From: Camelus ferus | Lineage: Eukaryota | Length of the DNA stretch: 64,000 nucleotides | Direction of reading: 5' to 3' | Assembly (NCBI RefSeq): GCF_009834535.1 | Contig: NC_045697.1 | Span: 51,834,001 to 51,898,000 of the forward strand | Shown here: positions 38,140-51,007 of the stretch, piece by piece | Numbering within the stretch: position 1 is the stretch's first letter | Layout: every line of letters begins with the position of its first letter | Translations under genes and position numbers: made by a program | Notes under the pieces: generated by a model | Told to the model about the DNA's origin: nothing | The model's input: the letters and a program-made list of their open reading frames with translations, nothing else | The model's database searches: none

Positions 38140-39951
38140 CTGGACCTGTAATTCTAGAAGAGAGTCCCTACGCCACAGGTTAAACTAACATAACATGATA
38201 ACCAAACAGTGCTGCTGCCTCCAAGGTTCCTTTGCTTTTAACTGAAAAATCAATTTAAAAGAAAACCTTTTTTTCCTGGGTATTTCCCCACCTGTATTTT
38301 TTCCAGGGTCCTAACACACAGAAAAGCTTTTTTGCTTGCTAAGCGAATCGTCTTTCTCGTTCCTGAAGAAAAGAATCAATTCTATCTGAACTTTTGGTAC
38401 ATTTCCACTGCTCCAGAGGCTGGGAGAGTTTGTAAGGTCTCATGGCTGAATGCCTATACTTGATGCTCCCAAACTCCTTTGATACTTAAAGGAAGTCAAA
38501 GCATAATCAGCATAAAAGGGCAGACTTATGCTTATGGTTATCTGACCCTGATAGTATGCCCTTCTGGAGAACTACTGAAATGGGCCCAAATTACCCAAAT
38601 GAAAACATTCACAGAAGTTTTAACAGGTTGTTGCAACAGTCCAAGCTACTACTATACATACAGAGCTGCTGGATGTGGAGGTGGACAGGAGGGGACAGGT
38701 TTAAGAGATGTCCGCAGGACTTGGTAATAGATTGACTGTAACACTTGAAGAAGAGGAAGGAGTCAAGGGTGATTTCATCTTTAATTGTGATAGAACATGC
38801 AGAGAGAAGAACAGGTTTTCAGGAGAAGGCGAGTATTTTGTGCAATACACAGGTACACTTCTGAATAAATAGATCTTTTCCTGGAGTTGAACAGATGGCT
38901 CTGGCGCAGGAGAGAGGTGAATCAGTGAGAGATATTTGGAATTCATCATCCTATACATAATTGTAGGAAGAAACAGCAGTGGAGGAAATATTGCAGGTAA
39001 GTATGTGAGAAGAGAAGAGAATGGAAAACTAAAGTTTGAGACACACTAACGTGTGTGGGCTAGGCAGGGGAAAAGGAGCTAATAATGCTAAAGAAACAGA
39101 CTAATATCATTGATGAACATAGTGGTAAACAGTACTAAATGCTACGAAATATGGTTAGGTGGCTTATTTTTTCATAATGAATATTAGTAAAAGAGGAAGA
39201 GGAACTCCAAGAAAGGGAGTGATCGGATATGGGAAATGGAGTTGATATTTGGAACAAGTGTCTTTAAGGAAGTGGAAAGAGCTTAGAAGGAAATAGAGAC
39301 TTAGTGCTTCCACTGTGACAGGAAGAGAAAGACAGGCAAGGTGGTCGTCAGCAAAGAACAGACATCGGCATTACGTCGGTGTATTTGCATTTCAGATGTG
39401 CTAGTCATTTGGGGGAAATCTGTGTAACTTCTCTGGTTCTCACTCTCTTTTTAAAGTGATAAAAGTGTCTTCTTTGTCGGGTTTGAACTTTCATGATAGT
39501 GGAGGGTGAGCTTTTGCACTTGTTCTTCCCTTTGCCTGGGTCGCTTGTTCCCCAGGTAAGCGCATGTCCATTCCCTTCCAGTCCAGGGCTCCCAGCTCTG
39601 ACTCCTCAGGCTGCGGTAGCTTCTGCCTCTCCCACTCGTCCTCTGTCTCATCACTCAGATTTACCTTCTTCATCACATCTATTGCCATCTGAAGTGACCT
39701 TGTCTGCATGTCTGTTTGTGCTCATTTTTTCTGTGCTTACAGCCTATTTTACCTATTAGAATACATTCATGGGATAAGAACAGAAATGCAAACTCATTTA
39801 TTATTCAGTTCCCCACCCCTCGGACAGTTAGGCACGATTCAATTCAGTAAATATGGCAAGATATGTCATTAAAAAGTAGTTACTATTAGTCTGAGATTGG
39901 AGGTGAAAGAAGAGGAGATGGCAGGTTAGGAGCCAGCTACCCTCTCTGAGC

Positions 39952-40096
39952 AAAAAGAATGCAGAGTAGGACCTTGTTGTTTCTCTATTTTATATATAGT
40001 CGTAGCTGCAAATCTGAATCACAGTGATGCACACCAGAAACTAACACAACACTGTAAATCAATTATGCTTCAGTTTAAAACAAAAAGAATATAGAG
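39952..40096 (+). mobile_element. Tiny inverted L1 3' fragment with degenerate TSD
   Basis: aaaaagaat(gc/at)agag at 39952-39966 and 40082-40096; inside is antisense cttgttgtttctctattttatatatagt, then sense cacaccagaaactaacacaacactgtaaatcaa. Confidence 0.6.
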
Positions 40097-40319
40097 GGCA
40101 GGACTGCAAATCCAAGCAGGTATGTGTTTGGATCTTTTCATTCTACAAGAGGTGATTGTGGATAGAGTAATGTTTTCACAGTCCATTACAGAGTTCTTTT
40201 ATGTCCAGCTAAAATTACCCAGGCTATCTTGTCATCACTTGCTTGCCTTTAGTTAACCTCTTTTAAAACACCCAATGTACATACCATTTCTTTGCTTCTA
40301 TGGGAATAATATTACTAAT

Positions 40320-40555
40320 GATGGCTGAGAATTTTTATTTTCATATTTGCAAGGCCCAGGCACCATTAAGCACTGTACATACATGAGCTCATTTATTGCT
40401 CTCAGCAACCTTATAAGGACAGTAGTATAGTTATCCTATTTTACAGATGAGGAAACTGAGGCACAGAGACAAGTAATATGCCTCAAGTCCCATAGCTAAG
40501 AGCAAGCCCAGGCAGTTTGGTTGTGGAGCCCATGTGCTTACCCACTGAGCTACAA
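40320..40555 (-). mobile_element. MIR SINE
   Basis: cctattttacagatgaggaaactgaggcacagaga…aagtaa core. Confidence 0.85.
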
Positions 40556-41359
40556 TGCCTCTCAAGACCTCATCCACCCATCTGAAAGGAAAATGGATGT
40601 TGCTTTGTTGAGGCCAGACAAAGCCGTTCATCAGCTAGTCAGACAAAGCAGGTCAGCTTGTCCTGCCAGGGAAGTGTCCTGGGAGAAACTGTCCTGTCTG
40701 GGAACCAACCTGGAAGGAATTTTCCCTTCAAGGAAAGGAATACTTGATTTGATTTTACCTTTTTTCCCCTCCCTCACATCACTGGCAACCCCTTCCAATT
40801 TAAGGTCATCTGAAAATTGAATTAATGTTTTGTTTATCTCTTCTTTCATGTAGTTTAATATATATCCTGGGCTCAACCCTGAACACCTCATAGAAAATCT
40901 ACCCATGCTCCCACTGATTGGCTGACATGGTGAAAGGATATTCAGTTTTGCATAGACAAACTTTGATTTGCATTAAATAGTGTCAAGTATATATCTTCTT
41001 AGAATGTTTGTGCTTAATGCTTTGCTTATGACCCAAAACACTGGTTATAAGTTTCAGCCCTATCTTTTCTTTTCTTACTCAGTTTTTCCAGTGATCTGCT
41101 CCAGCCCTACTTTATTTTTCCCAATATATTTTTAGATTATATTGATCATCAAAAAATCTTTCTTTGGAGTAAATTTTGAGTCTAATTCCTCATTTCCTTA
41201 AAGTTTACGTGAAGGAAATTATGATAAGGAAGTAAAGTTTTTAAGGTTTATCAATATGCTTCCTCCATCAGTTTCTTAAACTCAGGGGTAATGAATCACT
41301 GTTGATTATTCTAAAATTAGATCTCTTGTGTATAGTGAAAGTGTCTGCAGGTGTGTGGA

Positions 41360-41590
41360 AGTGTAGCAAGTTGGTGAAAACTACTAACCGTGGAGTCAGA
41401 CCGCCTAGGTGTTCATCCTCTGTTCTGTGTACTAACTATGTGACCTTGGGCAAGGTACTTAACTTCTCTGGGCCTTAATTTCATTAGATGGAAAATGGAG
41501 ATAATAATATCTCTAAAGTTGTTGCAAGGATTATTTGAATTAACATAGGTAAAGCATCTAGAACAGTTCCAGAGCCTGGAAAGACCTTTA
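41360..41590 (+). mobile_element. MIR SINE
   Basis: tggagtcagaccgcctagg…tgtgaccttgggcaaggtacttaacttctctgggcct…aaaatggagataataata. Confidence 0.85.
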
Positions 41591-43230
41591 TAATGCTGTT
41601 TTCTTTGTTGTTGATACTCCTGTTACTTAGGGAAAAAATTGCTTTCCTTGTCACTATGAGTTATAAAAATGCTTTCTTAACAAATGGTATTTTAGTTCAT
41701 CTTGACAGGTTCAAATAGTTAATTCAGCCTAATATACTTTTAGTTCTTTCTGTGTATCATTTATTGATTTTAAAATTGGTGATTAATTTATAGCCAGATC
41801 ATAAGTTTCTTTATACCTCTTACATAATGTTTTAATCAATGACACTGGAAAACAATCTTAATCAAGATAACTTCAATATTTTTCTTTGTTTTTGAGTCCA
41901 GTGACTCAGTGTTTTCCTCAGGCTAAAATATTTTAAAATTCTTATTTAATTTTCAGGAAGTTGTTTTACTTATGTGTAAATATACAAAAAGGCAGACACA
42001 CCAACTGGTATGTAAGTACATTCAGGTATGTAAAGCAACTTGTCCTTCACCCCTCTAAAATGTGCATACTGCCATCTGCTGGAAAGAGCTTTTGTACAGC
42101 ATTTACAGAATATTTTTGAAAAAAAACATGTGTTAAACGTTTTTCCCATTTTTTGTCATAATTTAAACTACTTCTTTGAATCTATTGAGAGCAAACAAAC
42201 TTACAGTGTAAGAGTCGTCAAGTCCTTTTCAGTGAAAACTAAGATGGGGACAGTGTGTTTTATTTGTTTGTTTCGTCTTTTCAGGTAGATCATGAAAATA
42301 CATCCACAAACCTTTGAAATTTTTGCATGGATAGGTAGAAGTGTGCTAACGTGCTTTGTATTTTGCTGAGGGCATTTGTGTGACATTTTGCTTGATTTGA
42401 ACAGCAACCATGTGAAGTAGGCAGAGCAAGTATGATCATAATTTGCCAGTGAGAAAACAGAGGCCCAGAGAGGTTAACCAACCAACCCAAGGTCACTCAG
42501 TTTATCAGCGGCATAGTTGGGACCAGAATCCAGGTCTTCGAGTATGTCTCATCCCGTGGTGCTGATTATTTCTCCAACTCTCATCATAGCCTCCATGTCT
42601 CAGAGTGTAAAAACATTGCATCCTGTTCCTGGCCAGATGACGAGCAGCCAAATTATTAACTGCATTTTATAAGTGAATAATGTACAGGAAACAACTTATT
42701 CAAACCTTGAAAAGCAACATAATAAATGATATCCTAAATAATGTATTGTGCTTTGCCCAATACAGACACCTAATATTTGTTGATTTGCCCCATTGAAAGA
42801 ATATCTTCTGCTATGTACAAATATTGCCTTATTATTTGATTATTTCTACCCATAATAATTTAGTTATACCTTGAGACAGTTTCACAGATGTGTGCTGACT
42901 CAGCATTCTGCAGCTGATTTTGGTTTCTACTGGAACACCGTGTTATCTGCGTAGCCTGGCATAATAGTGATTTTTGTTAAATAATACTTTTCTTTTGGCG
43001 AATGGTAAATTTGACTTTAAGAAAGTGTCTTTTTATTCCATCAGGTTATAATGTAATATTGCCACTGAGAACATGACTTTTGTCTATTATACTTTCTCTG
43101 CATTGTACTGATTTTAAAATGTACCAAGTACAAATGAATTTGCGAATTTAGGGTGATGATATATTATACATTACACTAACTCAGATATTACAAACTATTT
43201 GTTATGATTGCCACTTTTCATTTATTTTAT

Positions 43231-43318
43231 TTTATTTTATTTTCTGGAGGTTGGGGAGTGAACCCAGGACCTTGTGTTTGCTAAATGCGCGCACTCTACC
43301 ACTGAGCTATACCCCACC
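43231..43318 (-). mobile_element. Vic-1-type tRNA-derived SINE (camelid)
   Basis: Minus strand: ggggtatagctcagtggtagagtgcgc…aggtcctgggttcactcccc (A and B boxes), (AAAAT)n tail, TSD-like tcatttattttat on both sides. Confidence 0.85.
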
Positions 43319-44513
43319 TCATTTATTTTATGATTCTAATAGTTTTCTGATATATGTGTTTCCTATAACATTTAGAAGTGTAATTGTCAGTGCTCTTCTG
43401 CAGTGGCTGTAAGGGCCTCCCTCCCCTGCATCACCTCTCCTCCAGAAATTAATTCATTTCTATTTGTTTATTTTTGTTTAGTTTAAAATTTTATCATTTC
43501 CCTATTTTGTGCATTTACTAACATTGATTGCAACATTTTTTTTAATATTAAATGCATTTACATTTCAATCACATTAAGCTAAATACAGGTTATAACTTTG
43601 TGTGTGAAGCTGTGTTGCTAATTCAGCTGCCTTTATGAGAAATCTTTGGAATGTCCACGAGTCTCTAGATGAATGTGACAGGCCTGGCTTTGGACTTTTA
43701 CATGTATTGGAACTATGATGTTGGATATTTCATCTCAGATAATTAATCCAGAAGAGGAAGGGGATTCAGGATTCAGTCTTCAATTAGGCAGTGTGAGTTA
43801 TGGAGTAAGGTAAGAAAATCTGGCCATGACAAAAAGGGTCATAAGAAATCACAGCTTTGGGGCCAGGATTCTTTTTTCTTTTTTTTTTGACCTGAAATCT
43901 TCCCCTTTAATAGTGTGAACCCTTGGGTTTTAGTTTTATTTGCTGCAGATATACAGAATAAATGAACCCCTTTTCCACATGGTGACTATCAAGTCTTCTT
44001 TCTAGGTTTTCTTTCCTACTTCCCACACTCTAACATGATTTAGTGTCCCTCTCTCCTTCTCATTCATAAAATTTTTGAGCAATTTGTGTGCGTGAATTAA
44101 ATCTTTCAATTCTTTCCCCAGCCCTCTGAGGTGATAGTATGTCCATTTGATTGAGGCTCAGAAAGATGAAGACCGCACGAGCAATGATAGGTCAAACCGA
44201 GATGTCAACTGAGACTACTAGAGACCGCCCAGCATTTTTTATGTGACACATTTTCTAAGCTCCATGCTGTTTGCTTAAAGAGAAGCCTGGATACCTTCCT
44301 GTTTGTCTACACCTCTTTTATAAAACAGAGCAGACAAAATGAACTCAATACTTCAGGTGTTCTCTGGTCTATAGTAAAACAACTTGGGCATGACCTACCA
44401 GCCTGTATACCTGTGCACTGCAAGAGTGAGTTGCAAATTTTTTTCCACTCCTTGGCCTATCTTGAAGAGGTATTAAATTGGGTCTTACCATTGTATGTGT
44501 GTGTTTGTAAATG

Positions 44514-44515
<2 letters not shown>

Positions 44516-44553
<38 letters not shown>
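44516..44553. repeat. (TG)n microsatellite, about 19 units
   Basis: Direct observation. Confidence 0.95.
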
Positions 44554-44557
<4 letters not shown>

Positions 44558-45806
44558 CATATACGTATATATATACACACATGCATTTTTCCACTTAAAG
44601 GGACCCTAAATCTTTTCTTGTTAAACTACACTTTGTCATCTTTTGTATATACTAGCTCTCCTGGATCTTTTTCCTTTATCTTAGTAGTTCTTCCCTTTTT
44701 TGTTCCATCTGCAAATTCAATAAGTATTCATTTTAGTCTGCATTTAAGGCCTTGATATTTTAAGGTGTTCTGTGTAGTTGCATTAGATTCCTAAAACATT
44801 TCATGTGAGATTTCTTGGTCTGTTTCTTGGTCTTTGTCACAATTCACAATTTTATGATTCAAGGATTTCTTTTTCTTAGACCATCCTATTAACCTTGAAT
44901 TATATTTCTTTTTAAAGCTTCTCTTCATAAGACTGTACCTATCTTTCTTCTGTAGGTTATAAATTTGCTGTGCCTTCTGTCCAAACCTCCTGGATCTCAA
45001 GTTGAATTGCTGTTGATTTTCCATCCTTCTTTTAATTACTGTGACAAATGTTGGTTCCCTGTTCCTGAGAACAGCTAAGAACTTTGAAATCTAGCCAGAT
45101 AACTCCACCTTTCCCATTTCTGCTAGCATTTGCCAACTAACTAAGCAATCTTTATTCACAGTGATTTTGCACTAGCATAACCAGAGGGTATAAGCCTACT
45201 TTATATTCATACCCGCCAATAATTTACCATGTGTTTTTGCATGTCAGCTAATCTCTGTGGTCTTTATCTTTATCATCTGTGTAAATCTGTGTTGGACTAT
45301 GATCTCTGAGGTTGCCTAAGTTCTAATATCTGATTCTAAAGTATACCAAATCACTTGGAGAAATTTTAATTTAACATTTAAAACTAAGTAAAAAGCAGTG
45401 ACTCAACTTTGACCTTCTGAGCTATACCCAGGATGATATTCATATTATGTGTACTTAGCAATTCAAATATTGAAGGATTTCTATACTGTAGGACTTCTAA
45501 ATAACTGTTGCCTCAGCTGCCCCACTCCTGGGCAGGGTGGGGAGGGCCAGTGGGAGGGCCACCCTGTTACTGGCCCACAGATAGACCACCACAGCTCCTG
45601 TACACTGGCTCCATTTCCAAGGGCACCCCAACTAGACATAGCACCCCCAGTGGTGAGGGGGCACTCAGGAAGACATCTTGCCCTTTTCCTCCACATGGTT
45701 GCAGCCACTCACGGCTGGCACATGCTTGAGCATAGTCACCCTCTTGTGGTTGCTTGTTGTGGTTGATGAATGTTCTGTGTGGACTGTAGTACATGTGGAC
45801 TCCTAA

Positions 45807-46431
45807 TGTTGCAGGAGAATAGGACACGAGAATCCCTGGAATGTGTCCCAACAAGTGACGGTCCTTGGCTTCTCGCAGGAAAGAATTCAAGTGCATGCCG
45901 AAGTAGAGTGAAAGTAGGTTTATTCAGGCAGATACACTCTCCATAGGCAGTATGCGGGCCATTTCAAGGGGCAAGAGGTGGCCCCAGGGCCACCAGGGGT
46001 CTTCCTGGAAACTGAGAGCAGTTTAGGAGACACACACTCCATAGACAGAGGGCTGGCCATCTCCAAAGGCAAGAGAGAGAGTGACCTTGAGGTGTGGGGT
46101 GGTTAGTTTTTATAAGCTCAGTAATTTCATATGCTAACAAGCCGGGGGAGTATTCCAACTACTTTCAGGAAGGGGTGGGGATTCCCAGGAATTGGGCCAC
46201 TGTCCACTTTTTGGGCTTTTATGGTTAGCCTCAAACTGTCATGGCACCTGTGGGAGTGTCATTTACCATGCTAATATGTTAGAATAAGTGTATAATGAAG
46301 CTCAAGGTCTACTGGAAGTCACATCTTCTGCCATCTTGGGCCTAGTTGGGTTTTAACCAGTTTACGTCCTGTTCTCAATGGCTGTGTCATTCTTTCAACG
46401 GTTGTGCCCTAACCCCTTCCCTCCTGTCTCA
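45807..46431 (-). mobile_element. ERV1-type solo LTR, 625 bp
   Basis: TG…CA termini, flanks ctaa/ttaa (4-bp TSD with 1 mismatch), antisense AATAAA (tttatt ~45919) and TATA-like ttttataag ~46107. Confidence 0.75.
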
Positions 46432-46716
46432 TTAACGCTATAGTGGTTTAGTGAAGTCCTTTTAAAGTATATTCTCTTTGTTCATGGTACTGTGGGCTTT
46501 ATAAAATCAGCAATTCACATAACCAAGAATTACTCTTAAGTTAACAGTAAATGATTTCATTTCATTTTCATTCATTTTCATTCAGTTTAAACTAAATTTT
46601 TAAACAGTGACTTGACTCCAGTATTTGGAATTGCATGGCTGAGCCCTGAAATGTTGTGCATCCTATGACATCCTTCATATTGCCTTTCTCCTAGTTACTA
46701 TCTGCTTTGTTTCTAG

Positions 46717-46800
46717 GTGAATGAAATTTACCACGATGAGTCGCTCGGAGTGCATATAAATGTGGTCCTGGTGCGAATGATAATGCTGGGTTACACAAAG
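46717..46800 (+). CDS. ADAMTS3: ADAMTS3 exon ~6 (84 nt), metalloprotease domain
   Basis: ttgtttctag|GTG AAT GAA…ACA AAG|gtaaaa; [28 protein letters not shown]. Confidence 0.97.
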
Positions 46801-48679
46801 GTAAAATGTGAATGATGAACATTAAAGATGGGGTTAGCAAACATTAGCTTACCAAAGCCATACCTGACCTGTGGCATAGATATGTCTCACATAGACCTCG
46901 GTTGCTCTGAACTGATGGAGAGAAACCGCCACAATGAACTGAGCTCTCTAAATTAGAGCAGATGATGAATGATTTTGGGGTTGGTACCGTTTGCTTTGTT
47001 TACCTCTGTCTAATGGAGTTGGAGATAATTATCCTGGTTTTAGGCATGACTGCAGGGATATAATGAATGGATACTGTTGTAAGGAAAGAGAATTCCCTTA
47101 GTTCATCATCATCATCATCAAATTTATGATTCATTTATGAATTCAAAACATCTGTATTTAGTACCTACTGTATGTCAGGTGCTTTCTAGGTGCTGCTTCA
47201 AAAATATTAGTGAAGCAAAAGAACAGAGATCCTTACCCTCCCATGATTTGTTAAAAACCATGTTGTACATGCATATCTTTCCAGTTAAGAAAAGTGAAGC
47301 ACACAGTGAATTTTTTTTTAATTTATAAAGTGTTTAATCTTTTTGAAAACAAAACGTTGGGTCAAAATGTATATCATAGGCATTTTATGGAATGTAAATT
47401 TAGCTGGCTTTAAAATGGTACTAGATGTGTCCCTGTCCTTGGAAATAATGGAATAGACATAATAGTCTCTCCCTTTGAGGAGAAAATACAGGGGGAGTGA
47501 CTAACTGGCAACTTTCTTGATGTTCAAAATTACATTCACCCCTCCCATAATTAATCCTCCTGATTATGGAACACTAGTGAAATTATGTATTTAGCAAGCA
47601 GGAAAATTTCCATGTGGTTTCATTTCATTATGTATTAAAATTTACCATTTTCTGATGAGAGGGTGTCTTTGATCTTTAGTTTATCCACCAACCTGACCTA
47701 CTTTGTGTCTCCAACACTGAATGCAAGTCAACTCCAGCTGGAGATGTTAACAGCCTTCAATTGGTTGTTAAATCATTTGTTTGGAGAAGTAAGTGATCAG
47801 CATATAACAAATCAAGCTTTTTTTTTTTTTTTTTTTGAGATTAAGAATGTAAACACTGATAACAACATTTGCTGACATGTAACAAAATTCTCAAGCCTGT
47901 CAGCCAAGTAGGGACTGATTTGGGATTCCAAGTTCAGTTTCTCATTCCATCAGAACTACTCTGGGAAGTGTGGCTCCTGGGCTCTTAAAGGATGGGCCCT
48001 TTCCCTCTGAACTTTTAACTCCTGACCATAATGGGATAGTAGCAGCATTCCAAGGAATGTCAATCCATCTCTCAGAACTGAAAAATCAGAGTATATCCCT
48101 CTTCACTGAGGTAAGGTAAAAAAAAATGGTAGTTTTCTTTCAGTGTGAAGTTTATATAATTTGACCGTTCTTCATAAATGAAGTTTTGACCAGCTTTGCC
48201 AGCTCATTGAAATACTTACATTTTTCCCATATGGACTGAAAAAAAAATTGAAACTGAAGATCTTTCACTTTAACATCTCTGGAAAAAAAGTCTCATGCCC
48301 CAATCTTTCCCTCTGTCCTCTATTTTTGTTCTTAATATTTATGAAACTGAAAATCTCAGCTGAATCAGGAATTCATACCAGAATTTTTACCCAATTCATT
48401 AATATTGAATTGCTTCACAATAGCACATCTCAGTATCACATATTTCCACCAAATGTAATGTCAGTCACCTTTCACCCAGGTAATACTGATCATCATAAAG
48501 GTATCCCTCATGGGCATTTAGAATTTCCAAGTGAAAGTGGATATCTAAAAAAGCCCCCAATAATATTATTGTACATTATTTACTTACTGTAATCCCAATC
48601 ATTAACTTCCCAGGGAAAGTTATTAAAAGCAGCCTTGGGGAGATGCTGCGTATGTCCTTATCATGTTGTTCCCTCCTAG

Positions 48680-48836
48680 TCCATCAGCCTCATAGAAAGG
48701 GGAAATCCATCCAGGAGCTTGGAGAACGTGTGCCGCTGGGCTTGCCAACAACAAAAATCTGATCCCAATCACTCTGAACACCATGATCATGCAATTTTCC
48801 TAACCAGGCAAGACTTTGGACCTGCTGGAATGCAAG
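48680..48836 (+). CDS. ADAMTS3: ADAMTS3 exon ~7 (157 nt), metalloprotease domain
   Basis: ccctcctag|TCC ATC…CAA G|gtattt; [52 protein letters not shown](G). Confidence 0.97.
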
Positions 48837-49568
48837 GTATTTCCATTAATATGTAGAAGAAAAACTTAAGGGCATGACTTTTCAAAAGTAATCCTAAATC
48901 AGGGAGTTTGTTCAAATGTCCAACTCCCCACCACCACTTTCTACCGTGCCCCAGCCAAGCGTAGATTTTCTTTCTATTGCTTCCAGTGACTTCTGTGGAA
49001 TTCAGCACGTTAAATGCCACTTAAATCCCATAATAAATGGCACTTGCCTCTACAATAATGGGTGTGCATGTGGGTTATGGAGGGGATGCTATAAAATGCA
49101 GTGTGATTTCCACGAACGGCTGGGAACGGGAGGGGAGATGCCATGAGAAACGTCTGCTGCCAAAGGCCTTTCTTCCCAAGTCAGTTTACATTTATCTAAT
49201 AAATTCTGATGCTGACTTTGGGAAAAAGTAGACTGACAATTTTCTTTTCAGCATTGATGGAATTTCTGGCTCCCTTCATCAGGACTGTGATACGAAAGAC
49301 CATTCACTATGGCAGGGAGACAGAGCTTAGTTGGTGGGCAGAACAGAATGCTAACCCCAGGCAGTCCTTTCCCTTAGGAAGGGAGAAAATGCAGACCGAG
49401 TGAATCTTTTTAGAGCCCGTTACCTGTGGCTTTTCCCCGAGACTGTGGCACAATGCTAGCAGTGAAACAATTCTGCCTCTGTTTCCTGAAAAGCTTCCCC
49501 CCTACACCCAGGCAAAGGTCCAGGAGTAATTCTTAATGGGTTTTCTCATAAAACGAAAATAAAAGTAA

Positions 49569-49691
<123 letters not shown>

Positions 49692-50092
49692 TAAGTCACT
49701 GTTGACAGCTATAAAGAGGAAAAAAAAAGAAAGAAAGAAAGGTCTTTTCTTCCCTGCTTCTCTTGGTATTGTTCACACTTTGGGCAGAGTGCTCGCCAGC
49801 ATGCTACTCTCGTCCCTTGCCAAGTGAGAGGAGCTGACAGCGGCGGAGGGATCACTCGCTGCAACTAAATGAGTGACTCTGGCTTGCAGAGACACTCCCA
49901 GGCTTTTCGTAACTATCTAATGAGAAAGGCATTTCTGTCAGATTTCTCTCCATTTCCCAGTTTCTGGGACTCATCCACAAAAGCCACATTGACGTAAAAA
50001 ATACCTGTTCCTGGTACTTAATTTCAAAACAGAAATTACGCACTTGGCCCATATGATGATTCTTAGCAGTAGCGTGTCACTTTGCATTCCAG

Positions 50093-50236
50093 GTTGGGAA
50101 TGGAGCACGATGGACAAGGCAACAGGTGTGGCGATGAGACCGCAATGGGGAGTGTCATGGCTCCCTTGGTGCAAGCTGCGTTTCATCGTTACCACTGGTC
50201 CCGGTGCAGTGGCCAAGAACTGAAAAGATACATCCA
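50093..50236 (+). CDS. ADAMTS3: ADAMTS3 exon ~9 (144 nt), third zinc His and Met-turn
   Basis: ttgcattccag|G TTG GGA ATG…ATC CA|gtaggt; [47 protein letters not shown](H). Confidence 0.97.
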
Positions 50237-50874
50237 GTAGGTCCTTCTGCATGTCATGGGAGCGTTATAGCAGAAATACAGACGTAAAACAGGCTCTTAG
50301 GAACTAGGTCATAACAGAGCTCCCAGTGAATGGAAACTGTTGTTCATGATAAACATTTTCTTGTGACTCAGCTTTGGGCACAGTGATTCCATAATGTAAT
50401 TGCACTATTTTAAGCCACCAGCCTAGAATCTAAGTGAATTTTTAATCTGTGCTTTCCTTTTAGTAAATTCTTTATGGAATCTGTGACTAATGATCAAAGT
50501 TGATGTGAGGAGGAGGAACGAATGGTCACGTAATGCCTGCAGGGTATACCACCTACATCCTGTATCCTATATACCATATAGGTGTCAGGATCTGCCCTGC
50601 CACACCATGTGGGAGTTCAGCTAGGGACACGAATAAGGTTGTCCTGGTTCTACTGCGTTTCTAAGTATGCTTGGCTTATTTTCCTGGGATGAATGAAGAC
50701 GAATGGCCTTTTTCTAAACAGAACTGAAACCAAAAACCTTGAAAGATGTGGCTTTGTCACTGTGCTCTGTGATCTGATGAAATTCCAGAGTATGTAACCT
50801 AAGAATACTTTTTCATTAGAGCATGATTACAAAAAACAAACACTTAACAATGCACAATATTTTCCTTCCTACAG

Positions 50875-51007
50875 CTCCTATGACTGTCTCCTTGATGACC
50901 CTTTTGAACATGACTGGCCCAAACTCCCAGAACTTCCTGGAATCAATTATTCTATGGATGAGCAATGTCGTTTTGACTTTGGGGTTGGTTATAAAATGTG
51001 CACTGCG
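50875..51007 (+). CDS. ADAMTS3: ADAMTS3 exon ~10 (133 nt), end of catalytic / start of disintegrin-like domain
   Basis: ccttcctacag|C TCC TAT…ACT GCG|gtatgt; [44 protein letters not shown]. Confidence 0.97.

Noticed and set aside
44369..44755. ORFs with (HT)n/(CV)n repeats
   Set aside because: Translations of the (TG)n microsatellite.
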